Shown here one piece after another: positions 52,901 through 61,619 of a stretch of DNA of 64,000 nt. The position numbers and the translations under genes are program-made. The notes under the pieces were generated by a model. The model was not told the DNA's origin. It saw only the letters and a list, made by a program, of their open reading frames with translations, and did not search any database. The stretch comes from Octopus sinensis (lineage: Eukaryota), in the NCBI RefSeq assembly GCF_006345805.1, contig NW_021832866.1:28098-92097 (forward strand), written 5' to 3'. Position 1 is the stretch's first letter. Each line of letters starts with the position of its first letter.

Positions 52901-55900
52901 TCTTTTGAAATAAGGCATTAAAAATATTACTTGATAACAAATGTTTTAATTTACTCACTGCTAAGGAGATATTTTGTTTTCAAGAGAATTTTTTCTCTCT
53001 TTTTTTTTTCTTTGACCAGGATATCAAATGTCCTTTTGCTAGTCACAATCCATCCATTCTTCCTTTGATTGTGCCCTTCCTTTCCATTTGGGTCTAAATT
53101 TTTGACAATGTCCTCTTTCTATCCTTTTGAGATTTCCTTCAAGTGTTCTTTCCTGATCTCTTGAATAACATTTGACAACTGCATCAGTCAACTGGTCAGT
53201 CAGCCTTGCAACATCATCATCACCGTTTAACGTCCATTTTCCATGCTAGCACGGGTTGGACGGTTCGACTGGGGTCTGGGAAGCCAGGAGGCTGCACCAG
53301 ACTCCAATCTGATCTGGCAGAGTTTCTGCAGCTGGATGCCCTTCCTAACGCTAACCACTTCATGAGTGTAGTGGGTGCTTTTTACGTGCCACCGGCACAG
53401 GTGGCAGGGGAGGCTGGTGGCAGGGGAGGCTGGCAGCAGCCATGAGATCTTTTTTAAAGGCTCTGACATGAAACTGTAGGCCCCTTGAGTTACTCATTAC
53501 TTTCTTGGCTATAAATAAATAGGTGTCTTTTAATGCCTGCCTTCTCTGCTAATCTGATGGGTCAGAGGACTGGGTGGTAATCCACTGTTTACTTTTGGAG
53601 TTCTGTCTCTCCCATTTGTACAACCAATCTGGATGTCCTGGGAGGAGGCTGCAAATGATCGCCAATGCTGGATACAAGTACAACACAAGAGGTGGAGGGA
53701 AGGAGTGAGGGGAAGAGAAGCTGGAACTTTTCACCAAAGAAAAACATGCTGAAAGGAAGATGGAATCAGTAGTGCCTGTGGAGAGTTTCTTCCAATGCAG
53801 TCGTGGCATGCAAGACTGCAGCTCCCATTTGGGCCTCTACAGCCACAGCAAATACTGCATCCTCCTCTGCAGCTGACACAAAATTCTCCAGGCATAGATT
53901 CATGGTCTTTCGAGTCTGGTTAATGCCCATCCATCCATTGATCTGTCTATCTATCTATCTATCTACCTACCTACCTACATATATCATCATCATCGTTTAA
54001 CGTCCGTTTTCCGCGCTAGCACGGGTTGGACGGTTCGGCTGGGGTCTGGGAAGCCAGGGGCCGCTCCAGGCTCCAGTCTGATCTGGCAGAGTTTCTACGG
54101 CTGGATGCCCTTCCTAACGCCAACCACTCAGTGAGTGGAGTGGGTGCTTTTTACGTGCCACCTGCACAGGGGCCGGGGGGTCCGGCATCGGTCGCGATCG
54201 GTTTGAGCTTTTAACGTGCCAGCGGCATGGGGGCAACGGGATCCGGGGTACTTTGGGGGGTGGGGAAGGTTGGGGTGGGGAAGGTTGGGGGGTAAGGAGG
54301 AACGATGGCAGGAAGGGTTGGTGCAGGTTCGTAAGAAATAAAAACGTAGGATATTACGAGGCGTGGAGGGGACTAGAAGGAGATAGTAGGATTGAGGCAG
54401 TATCAGATTCAAAACAGGAGGAAGCGTAAGTTCAGTGGGCAGTTGATGAGCTGTGATGCTAGCAGCTTGTCTTTTCACAGTGAAAGCATATGAGGAGAAG
54501 GGGTAGGAAGGGGTGGTGGGGGAGGAGGAGGGAGTATCCGGTGTAGATGGTGAGAACAGTGTTCACCGGTATTGGTGGTGGGGGTGGGAGGGCGGGCGCA
54601 CGGCGCACTGGGAGAAGATGAGATTTTGGCGGCAGAAAGAAAGACAGGATTTGAGATGGAATGCTTTGCGATCGTGTGCATAAGTTTCTATGAGTGGAAG
54701 TTGGGAAAAGATGGGTTACAGAATTAAGCGACAGAAAGAAAGACCAGATTTGAGACGAGATGATTTTACGGTCATGTGAATAAGTTTTTGTGAGTGAAAG
54801 TTTATATGCTTCAGCTAGCATTTGAGACGAAAGACAACGATAACGCTAATATATGGGGAAACAATAATAATAAGAAGGCTTGATGGTGATGATGATACTT
54901 GCAAAAACAATGAAAAGAGGAACAGGACTTAGCTGATATTTTTCATCCTGCGTATTGGCTAAGCCTGTGGAAGCGAGTGAAGGTGAGATATATACAGAGA
55001 GAGAGAGAGACAGTGATAACAGAGGGAGAAACCGACACCACATAGCGAGAGAGAGAGCGAGAGAGAGAGAGAGAGAGATAGTGATAACAGAGGGACAAAA
55101 CGACACGGCGCATTATAATAATAATTATTATTATTTGAGGCAATATTATTCCTAACCTACAGGGAAAAATTCAATTTAGAAATACTAAATCAAATTTCAC
55201 AAAATATAATATATATGTAAAAATTAGAAAAAAACCCACCTTTTATCAATTCAAAATGAACAATTAAATTACACCATCTAGGAAATTACATATAATAGAA
55301 ATATTAAAAATAAAATAACCATAATAATAAAAATGTATGTATTTGGTATATATATATATGACCTCATGTGTACCGTTGGCGATTTTTTCCTCTGTCTTTC
55401 CTTCTCGGGATCTTTCCTTCTCCTATGTTTCCGATGAAGAGCTCCGCTCAAAACGTTAAACCCTCCTTCTTCCCTTCTTTCCTGAGCGTCCAATAATACT
55501 ATATTTGTGTTTTCTTGTTTGGATTATATATATATTAATAGCAATGGTAAGACAACAAAAGAATGAATGAGACCTCGATATTATGTAAATAGAGAAATTT
55601 ATCTGTAATATAATATGTGACAATTATTTGGTTGCCATAATAAGACTCCGAGTTTCGGATGTTGGGGCGGAAAACTTCTCCGGCATCTCGTCAGTTATCG
55701 AGGCAATCAAAAAAGCTATCAGTTTGGATAATATATATATATATATATTAATACTATAAATTTCGGAATATATATATATATAGTTAATCCAAACATGAAA
55801 ACACAAAGAGAAAGCACAACAACGCGAGGACGTGGAACAAGTATAGTGTTATTGGATGCTCAAGAAAGGAAAGAAAGAAGGAGGACTTAATGTTTCGAGG

Positions 55901-56000
55901 AGAGCTCTTTGTCAGAAGTATAGGAAAATGAAAGATCCAAGGAAGGGAAGATGGAAGAAAAAAAAAATCGCCAACGATACACACGCAGTTACATTTTGAA

Positions 56001-56031
<31 letters not shown>

Positions 56032-56392
56032 GTGCGTGTGTGCGTGTATGTATGTATGCATGCATGAATGAATTAATGAATGACTGAATGCATGAATGAA
56101 TGATTGAATATCTTACATTTTCTGTTTTCATCTTGATATTTGTGCAAATTGAGAGTAATGATAAACTCAGAGTATTGATGATATGAAAACTCACTCTGAA
56201 AAAATCAAAAAAATCATATTTGTATTTTTTAAATAATAATTTTTTTATTCATTTTTTTTCCATTCCAGATTCTCAGCAGATCTAAATGGTAAAAAGGTTG
56301 ATGTTTGCTTCCGACGAGTACCACAGGAAGTGTTACCCGGGGTCTTAAAAATCACGCGAAAGGGAAATCAATTTGATGTACTCCAGCATTGA
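7164..56392 (+). CDS. myo1b: Unconventional myosin-I, MYO1A/B (myosin-Ib-like) clade; 26 coding exons, 5'-partial
   Basis: Spliced translation gives [110 protein letters not shown] motifs..TH1 tail..stop. All introns are GT-AG with compatible phases. [19 protein letters not shown] and KRPxTAGSQFK match the MYO1A/B clade rather than MYO1C/D (from recalled sequences). TEDS position is Glu. Confidence 0.95.
8174..8348. mobile_element. fold-back MITE with ~45-bp TIRs
   Basis: ggttatactcgatattgctccaatctggccaaccccaaggaaaaat ... atttttccttggggctggccagattggagcaatctcgagtagaacc. Confidence 0.75.
9240..9303 (+). CDS. myo1b: myosin-I exon ([21 protein letters not shown])
   Basis: tttcag|...|gtaaga, 64 nt. 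Confidence 0.95.
9789..10100 (+). mobile_element. tRNA-derived SINE family 1 (head GGAGGCGCAATGGCCCAGTGGTTAGGGCAGCGGACT); copies 12395-12700(-), 23514-23900(+), 57453-57754(-)
   Basis: A-box/B-box tRNA-like head followed by a conserved body in four copies. Confidence 0.85.
11241..11720 (-). mobile_element. CR1-clade LINE ORF2 C-terminus and 3' end
   Basis: [32 protein letters not shown] = CR1 C-terminal signature. Confidence 0.88.
11826..11839 (+). CDS. myo1b: myosin-I 14-nt microexon ((Y)LLEK)
   Basis: ctag|ATTTACTTGAAAAG|gtatgt; required to complete the invariant NYLLEKSRV and the frame. Confidence 0.92.
15364..15448 (+). CDS. myo1b: myosin-I exon ([21 protein letters not shown])
   Basis: ttctag|...|gtaagt, 85 nt. 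Confidence 0.95.
16426..16532 (+). CDS. myo1b: myosin-I exon ([25 protein letters not shown])
   Basis: tttag|...|gtaggt, 107 nt. Confidence 0.93.
16907..17040. repeat. tandem duplication of a ~63-bp unit just upstream of an acceptor
   Basis: attacacctgtagtctgtat.tctattatccatagacacaggcattccttctttctacctgta x2. Confidence 0.9.
17084..17231 (+). CDS. myo1b: myosin-I exon ([17 protein letters not shown])
   Basis: tttcag|...|gtaagt, 148 nt. Confidence 0.94.
17460..17795. repeat. ~22-bp minisatellite (agatctggtacagatgtgagac) with ~126-bp higher-order repeat; second copy 20080-20350
   Basis: Direct inspection. Confidence 0.85.
17978..18210 (+). mobile_element. tRNA-derived SINE family 2 with Nin/Deu-like core (GCCTTTCATCCTTTCGGGGTCGATAAATTAAGTACCAG); copies ~16625, 22892-23119, 27237, 28610-28930, 31285, 45460-46170 (tandem), 50200-50420(-)
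   Basis: Multiple homologous copies; tail ttagccccttgtgggtaataaagaaat. Confidence 0.85.
18977..19095 (+). CDS. myo1b: myosin-I exon ([21 protein letters not shown]; TEDS site E)
   Basis: ttgcag|...|gtaagt, 119 nt. Confidence 0.94.
19115..19790. repeat. degenerate (ACT/ACC/ATC)n trinucleotide tract filling the intron; similar tract 26560-26830
   Basis: Direct inspection. Confidence 0.9.
19814..19900 (+). CDS. myo1b: myosin-I exon ([25 protein letters not shown])
   Basis: ttacag|...|gtaagt, 87 nt. Confidence 0.95.
25001..25066 (+). CDS. myo1b: myosin-I exon (switch II: [14 protein letters not shown])
   Basis: tttcag|...|gtgagt, 66 nt. Confidence 0.95.
26308..26412 (+). CDS. myo1b: myosin-I exon (relay: [35 protein letters not shown])
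   Basis: tcacag|...|gtaaga, 105 nt. Confidence 0.96.
27666..27728 (+). CDS. myo1b: myosin-I exon ([21 protein letters not shown])
   Basis: tttcag|...|gtaggt, 63 nt. Confidence 0.95.
29635..29669 (+). ncRNA. minimal (Penelope-type) hammerhead-like core, degenerate; homologues 55427-55461(+), 55886-55918(-)
   Basis: guuu aCGACGA a gagc ucc gcuc GAAA cguUA aac; three-copy consensus C(C/U)GA(C/U)GA-A-GAGC-nnn-GCUC-GAAACGUUA. Confidence 0.55.
29802..29996 (+). CDS. myo1b: myosin-I exon ([23 protein letters not shown])
   Basis: tttcag|...|gtaagt, 195 nt. Confidence 0.96.
30212..30630 (+). mobile_element. tRNA-derived SINE family 3 (CORE-like CCTTGGGCAAGT, internal (TA)/(TG) microsatellite); copies 2470-2775(-), 4250-4670, 4960-5310, 20610-21000, 22705-23360(-), 28095-28490, 39908-40290, 61115-61515(-), 63460-63760(-)
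   Basis: Full-length copy with GCAGGAGTGGCTGTGTGGTAAG head and GAAACAAGTAAAAGAGTA-type tail; many homologues. Confidence 0.85.
31575..31689 (+). CDS. myo1b: myosin-I exon ([25 protein letters not shown])
   Basis: catcag|...|gtaagc, 115 nt. Confidence 0.95.
32812..32867 (+). CDS. myo1b: myosin-I exon (loop 2: [18 protein letters not shown])
   Basis: gatag|...|gtaagt, 56 nt. Confidence 0.94.
34324..34389 (+). CDS. myo1b: myosin-I exon ([22 protein letters not shown])
   Basis: ctccag|...|gtacgt, 66 nt. Confidence 0.95.
35324..35391 (+). CDS. myo1b: myosin-I exon ([23 protein letters not shown])
   Basis: ttccag|...|gtaagt, 68 nt. Confidence 0.95.
35860..36076 (+). CDS. myo1b: myosin-I exon (SH1/converter: [29 protein letters not shown])
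   Basis: ttacag|...|gtaaaa, 217 nt. Confidence 0.96.
36131..37060 (+). mobile_element. Tc1/mariner deletion derivative (N-terminal HTH only) hosting a nested MITE
   Basis: TIR halves aaaaagtctctccgcagt / actgcggatagactttttgaacaccctgta; peptide [32 protein letters not shown]. Confidence 0.8.
36652..36968. mobile_element. CpG-rich MITE, ~85-bp TIRs, 5-bp TSD CTAAT
   Basis: ctaat|ACGGTACTACTTGAGAACAGTGGTCCC...GGGACCACTGTTCTCAAGTAGTACCGT|ctaat. Confidence 0.88.
38027..38176 (+). CDS. myo1b: myosin-I exon (IQ1-IQ2: [17 protein letters not shown])
   Basis: ttgtag|...|gtaagt, 150 nt. Confidence 0.94.
38302..38690 (+). mobile_element. non-autonomous Helitron
   Basis: A|TCTTTATATATAAAA...cccgggcgatactgCTAG|T, no TSD; empty site catctagaaaa/ttacatataatag seen in the paralog at 55274-55300. 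Confidence 0.82.
39298..39366 (+). CDS. myo1b: myosin-I exon (single IQ: [23 protein letters not shown])
   Basis: ctccag|...|gtaacc, 69 nt, phase 0-0, IQxxxRGxx motif. Confidence 0.92.
40662..40823 (+). CDS. myo1b: myosin-I exon (IQ4-IQ5-like: [15 protein letters not shown]..)
   Basis: tgttag|...|gtaagt, 162 nt. Confidence 0.92.
41650..41895 (+). mobile_element. degenerate RTE LINE ORF C-terminus (different subfamily)
   Basis: [30 protein letters not shown]. Confidence 0.6.
42719..42850 (+). CDS. myo1b: myosin-I exon (post-IQ: [29 protein letters not shown])
   Basis: ttccag|...|gtgtgt (weak donor), 132 nt; LPSxSP..WP motif typical of MYO1B. Confidence 0.9.
43272..43817 (-). mobile_element. 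CR1-clade LINE RT C-terminal fragment
   Basis: [51 protein letters not shown]. Confidence 0.88.
43918..44024 (+). CDS. myo1b: myosin-I exon (TH1 start: [27 protein letters not shown])
   Basis: tttcag|...|gtaagt, 107 nt. Confidence 0.93.
44395..45419 (+). mobile_element. 5'-truncated RTE-clade LINE: ORF end + ~730-nt 3'UTR with tandem array + (GAT)n tail; 3'UTR-only copies at 5575, 12925, 13425, 14630, 37480, 40945, 47975, 50605, 51340, 53210, 53985
   Basis: [34 protein letters not shown] (RTE C-terminus) runs directly into the ubiquitous GTTGGCGTTAGGAAGGGCATCCAG..CGTTAAACGATGATGAT repeat. Confidence 0.88.
46214..46590 (+). mobile_element. probable LINE 3' end (L1/Tx1-like) sharing its tail with SINE family 2
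   Basis: Short frame [17 protein letters not shown]..; ends gttagcccttgtggccaataaacgaa(tta)n, matching the SINE-2 tail. Confidence 0.5.
46601..46736 (+). CDS. myo1b: myosin-I exon (TH1/PH: [25 protein letters not shown])
   Basis: (att)n-tag|...|gtgagt, 136 nt; PFxGDYL and KxNR motifs. Confidence 0.93.
48367..48519 (+). CDS. myo1b: myosin-I exon (TH1: [33 protein letters not shown])
   Basis: ttccag|...|gtatga, 153 nt. Confidence 0.93.
49888..49905 (+). CDS. candidate alternative 18-nt microexon (PTDVYQ) in TH1
   Basis: Long pyrimidine tract + tatag|CCTACCGATGTTTATCAG|gtatta; phase 0-0 matches the flanking exons. Confidence 0.45.
51880..52178 (+). mobile_element. non-autonomous Helitron
   Basis: A|TCTTTATAAATATAAA..gtctgtctgtgtgtg..gccaggtcatagtgCTAG|T. 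Confidence 0.72.
52419..52552 (+). CDS. myo1b: myosin-I exon (TH1: [25 protein letters not shown])
   Basis: ttgcag|...|gtaagg, 134 nt; KGDFxF motif. Confidence 0.93.
55638..55699 (-). ncRNA. type I hammerhead ribozyme motif (near-complete)
   Basis: Minus strand: gataa CUGACGA gaug(ccggagaaguuuuccgccccaa)caucc GAAA cucggaGUC uuauu; stems I, II, III can pair; one extra C at the base of stem II. Confidence 0.7.
56269..56392 (+). CDS. myo1b: myosin-I last coding exon ([27 protein letters not shown])
   Basis: ttccag| acceptor, frame continues to TGA at 56390-56392; typical TH1 C-terminus. Confidence 0.92.
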
Positions 56393-57753
56393 CCAAAACT
56401 TCATTTTATCCAAACCTTTGGGTCATGACACGTATATCAAAACCAAGTTGTTACAATTGGAAATTCCTCTCACAAAATTCTTATTTTCGTTTTTACATTC
56501 AATGAAATCTTTTATAGAATTCCATTAAGCTTTCTACAGATTGCCATAGTGTTTCGATTTAGTTAGACAAAATTCTTACCATTATTGCAAGGTGTTTCTC
56601 TTAAGTCTAAAAAGTAAAACATCTTAGAAAGTATGAAATCTTAATCTACAAACTGTAATTAGGTGGATATTATTCAAAGTGTGTGTGTGTGTGTGTGTTC
56701 TATATTTTACCTAGCTAGCATGGGTTAGACAAATATTTTAGTGAGGCATTGCTTTATATAGCCAGATGCTTTGTCTGTTACTGACTCTTATCTGTTTTAC
56801 AAGTAAGGGTCTCGAAAGATGTCTTTAAAGATGCAAATCAAACAAAGGATTTCTGGACAGAAAAGGGACAACAACAACAACAACAACACTTGTAGTATGT
56901 GACCTTTGTAGAATGCTAATGTAAACACACACACACACATACAAACAAATAAGCATACATATACATGCATACACACATATACATATATACACACACACAT
57001 GCACACATATACACACATTCATACACATATATACACATGCATACACATTCATACACATATACACATGCATACACACACACTTACATATACACACATGCAC
57101 ATACATACACACACATACATATACACACACATACACACATGCATATATACACACACATGTATACACATACACAGGCTTTTCTAAGGTTTCACAGACAAGG
57201 CTTTGGTTGGCCAGGATTATTGCAGAAGACAATTGCAAAAGGTGCTATTCACAGGGACCCTAACCCCAAACCAAGTGTTTGGGAAGCGAACTGCTTAACC
57301 TCATGAACATGCCTGCCTCTGTGTTTTACATATAGAGTGAGGGTGAGGTTAAAGTGCTGGGCCGACCCTGAGAGGCAAGGCTTCTATATCAAAGCAACTC
57401 TGCATGAAAGTGACATCTGTTGCAAAGATGTGAAAATTCATATATATATAAATATCATGTGACCAACCAGGCTATCAGATGTTGCTACACATCGCTGGTC
57501 ACAATGCGCTTCACATTATTTTAGCCTTCAAATGACGCCACCCCGCTGGCTAAGCGGGCAGGCCAACAGAAGAAAGAGTGAGAGAAAGTTGTGGCGAAAG
57601 AGTACAGCAGGGATCGCCACCACCACCTGCCGGAGCCTCATGGAGCTTTAGGTGTTTTCACTCAATAAACACTCACAACACCCGGTCTAGGAACCGAAAC
57701 CACAATCCTACGACTGCAAGTCCGCTGCCCTAACCACTGGGCCATTGCACCTC

Positions 57754-57815
<62 letters not shown>

Positions 57816-57969
57816 CATGCATACATGAGTGAGAGAGTATGTGGTTTTCTAGAAATAGATTTAATTTGAACATTCATATTAAAATATTAATTAAAACCAG
57901 AATTTGTGAGATAGAATCTTATAAGTTAATTTGTCCCATGTTAAAGTGTTTGAAGCTAACATCCAGACC

Positions 57970-58000
<31 letters not shown>

Positions 58001-59565
58001 TCACAAATGCGTTCTAAATTTAATATGTGTGTATGTATACAAAACAAAAGCATTTTCTATACAAAATATATGTATATTTTATATACAAAAAGCATTTTGT
58101 ATACAAGAGCTCACACACATAAATGCATATAGAATATAAATATTTTCGTATCCTGTAATGTAATCCTATAATCATTTATTTAACCTGCATTAATTCAGGT
58201 TTATGCAACATTTGAAGTGAGAATTGAAAGCTTTGACAATTTTTCCTAACAACGATTTGAACTTCTTATCTTCCTATCTTCGGGCTGGGACACTCGAAAG
58301 TGTCTTGGCCTGAATTATGAGATTTTTTTACCTCTCATTTCTAATTTCATTTCGTTACCAATTTCACATAATTGATAACCATATGCCCACCTCCTCAAGT
58401 TTTTGTTAAGTAATGTTTCCTGAAGTTTTCATCCATTTCCAATACAACTTGGTCACCCTTAAACATTTTGGACTAATCCGTTTTGGCAATGCTTGGAATG
58501 ATAACTGATCTAATAAGGCCTTGTCTTGTCTGCTGCTTCCTCGGTGGATAACTATAACAACAGAATTAAAACATCAGCTACTGATGAAGATGATGATAAA
58601 CGCTAACGACATGGTAACCATATGGTTTATTTTCATAGGGGCTGTTCTGAGAGAAATCTCTTCTACCAATATGGAATTGCTTACATCAAGAGGAACTCTT
58701 GTGCTATTAACACAATTCTTTGTGAATAAGTCAACAAAATCACTTGCATCCATTTCATATTAGAAGTTCCATCAGAGTATCTACATACATTTGTTTACAT
58801 ACATACATATATATAATATGTATACATATTTGTGTATATATATATGCGTGTATGCTGTGCTATATTTGTTTCCGGTCATTCTACAGGTTTTGAAGTTTAT
58901 GAACTAAATTCCTTGCCGTTGTGAAGATTGAGATAAAAAATGAACCAAAAGAAAGCTGACTCCACTGGTTCCTCATCAAAATAATTATGTAGCGACTGAA
59001 AACCCATTTGTCTGATCAGATACCAATTTTTACTCACAGACAAAGAATCTCTCAAAAGGAATCTTTGAAGACAAATCTGTCTTGATAATTTTACTATTCA
59101 TGTTTTTTTTTTTTCATCATGTAAATCTGATTGATTAATTAAGGACTATTTAACAGAAAACAAAAAAGAAATCAAAAAGAAAAAAAAAGGACTTTGTCTT
59201 CCTTAGAGTTCATTAACAAGAGTCATCTACTTTTTTTTTGCACTCCCTCAATTCAAAGCTAAATTCCTATATTGAAATAAGCTCCCCCTTTCCTTTGAGA
59301 GTTGCTAACAATTGCCACCAGGTGGAGATTTTTTTTTTTGTTTTGTCTCTTAGTAAGAGATGAATTTCAATTCATTAAAAAAAAAAAATATGTACATCAT
59401 TCAGTACATCAGCATCTACCTGGATTCATGCCCTTGGCCCACTTGAGTTATCTTACTTGGCTCACTTTTGTTATTATGCAAATTATTTTGGCCAAAAGTT
59501 CTTTGTCACTTTTTTTTCTACATTTAAACAATATCTCTGTCCACTGATCAGTCTTGAGAAGATTG

Positions 59566-59606
59566 TTTTGCTGATGAGGTTTAATAAGGCAGAAACATGT
59601 CCATAG
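59566..59606 (+). ncRNA. minimal hammerhead-like core downstream of the myosin stop
   Basis: uuuug CUGAUGA gguuuaauaaggca GAAA cauGUC cauag; palindromic ACAUGU stem III; stems I/II weak. Confidence 0.45.
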
Positions 59607-61619
59607 TTGTCATCATGCCTGATAACAAAGATCAAATTCCCCACCTAACCACACATGAAAATTAAATTTGCTGGGAAATTAATTCTTAATTTCTTGAAAT
59701 TACCCACCCCTTTCCTTTTTAACGGTCTTCACCATTAACCACTAGGGGCTTATTTTTCTTCTGCAACAAAGCAGCAAGTTTCATTCCATCAAAAATTTTC
59801 TTGCACATTACATCACCATCTATGTAAATTCTCAAAAGCATATTTGAGTATTTTTTTTAATGTTTTTTTTTTAACTATGCCAACTATGGACATGTAAAAA
59901 TGTTTAAAAATATAGAAAATATATATAAATGATTGGATTTAAATGTATGTCAGCAGCTTTGTCAAGGTTAAGGTTTAAAAGCCTGGGATTTGAACTCTTA
60001 TGCTGCAAATTCAACATGTAAATTTATTTTATATGTATCAAGAATCAGATACAGTTAAATGGACTGAAATCATTTTGACACTTTTGTTTGAAGAGTTATC
60101 AGAGTTTCATCCCAAACTAAGATATCTGCAGTTGTCATGGTTTACCCCTCCTACCAAACCCTGTTTTGTTAAATGATGAAATCTAAGATTTGTGAGAATT
60201 AATCAGGATTTTTCAGTTTGCTGTCTAAAACTACATAAAGTTTTGAAGATGGAAACAAACAAAAAAAGAAAAGAAAAGAATTCCTTCTTCATTATTAGTG
60301 TGGTTCACCACCCTGGCTTGTGGCATACTTCCAATCATATTTATTCTAAGCCACGGAAAGAAAGAAAAAAAAAGACAAAACAAAATGTCAAGGACATTTC
60401 GTGTGCCTCACAATTTTCAATTTTTTTACTATTTCTTACCATTATTATATTATAAACTTATTTTTAATTTTCAATTTTTAAACAGAAAGAAGTTTTAACA
60501 TTTTAAATTTTGTTTGCAGTTTCAGAAATATTTGATTAAAAGAGAGAGATACAGAGAATGGAAAAACTAAAAGTTTATTTAATTAATTTGCTAAATGCTT
60601 TGATTCTAAATTAGATGTATCGTTAGCTGACATACATAATCTCAACGGCAATAATTAGCTGCTGTTTTATTTTCACATTTTGTCTTAATTGCTTGCTTGT
60701 CTTCTTCCCCCTAACCTCTGTCCCTAATATTACCCCCCCCCCCCCAACACAGAAATGTCAACACTTTTTATTTCACTATTGTTTCTAGCAGAACCTCTAC
60801 GATGTAGTCTTTCACACACAGCTAGACCCTTACACTAGAACCAACATCACAACAAACCACCAAACTGAATCATGACACTGCACCATCAAAAAGACATCAT
60901 GGCATCACATCATATCACAATCATCTCAGTAAGCTGTCATCCAACATGAAACCACTCCATACCATCTTAGTAACCATACTCAATGAAGAACCCTTTACAT
61001 GGACTAGAAACAGGGGTCAAATATCCCTCAAGTTACACTTTACCATCTATAAGGATAGGACACATTACGTATATATATATGCAGGGTATTCAGGTTAAAT
61101 TTGACTGTTTGCATAACTCTTTACTCTCTTTTACTCTTTTACTTGTTTCAGTCATTTGACTGCAGCCATGCTGGAGCACCACCTTTAATCGAGCAACTCA
61201 ACCCCGGGACTTATTCTTTTGTAAGCCCAGTACTTATTCTATCGGTCTCTTTTGCTGAACCGCCAAGTAACGGGGACACAAACACACCAGCATCAGTTGT
61301 CAAGCGATGTTGGGAGACAAACACACACACACGCATACATATATATACATATATACAACGGGCTTCTTTTCAGTTTCCATCTACCAAATCCACTCACAAG
61401 GCTTTGGTCGGCCCGAGGCTAGTAGAAGACACTTGCCCAAGGTGCCACGCAGTGGGACTGAACCCGGAACCACGTGGTTGGTAAACAAGCTACTTACCAC
61501 ACAGCCACTCCTGCGGAGGAAAAAGAAATATAATATCCCATCTTAAAATAAAAGTATTTTAATAAAATAAATAAATAGCAACTAGATTATGGCTGGGAGA
61601 TGACTTTATGCTTAAAGCA

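Noticed and set aside
56393-61000. Poly(A) site / 3' UTR end of the myosin gene
   Set aside because: No unambiguous signal outside repeats; cannot be placed without transcript data.
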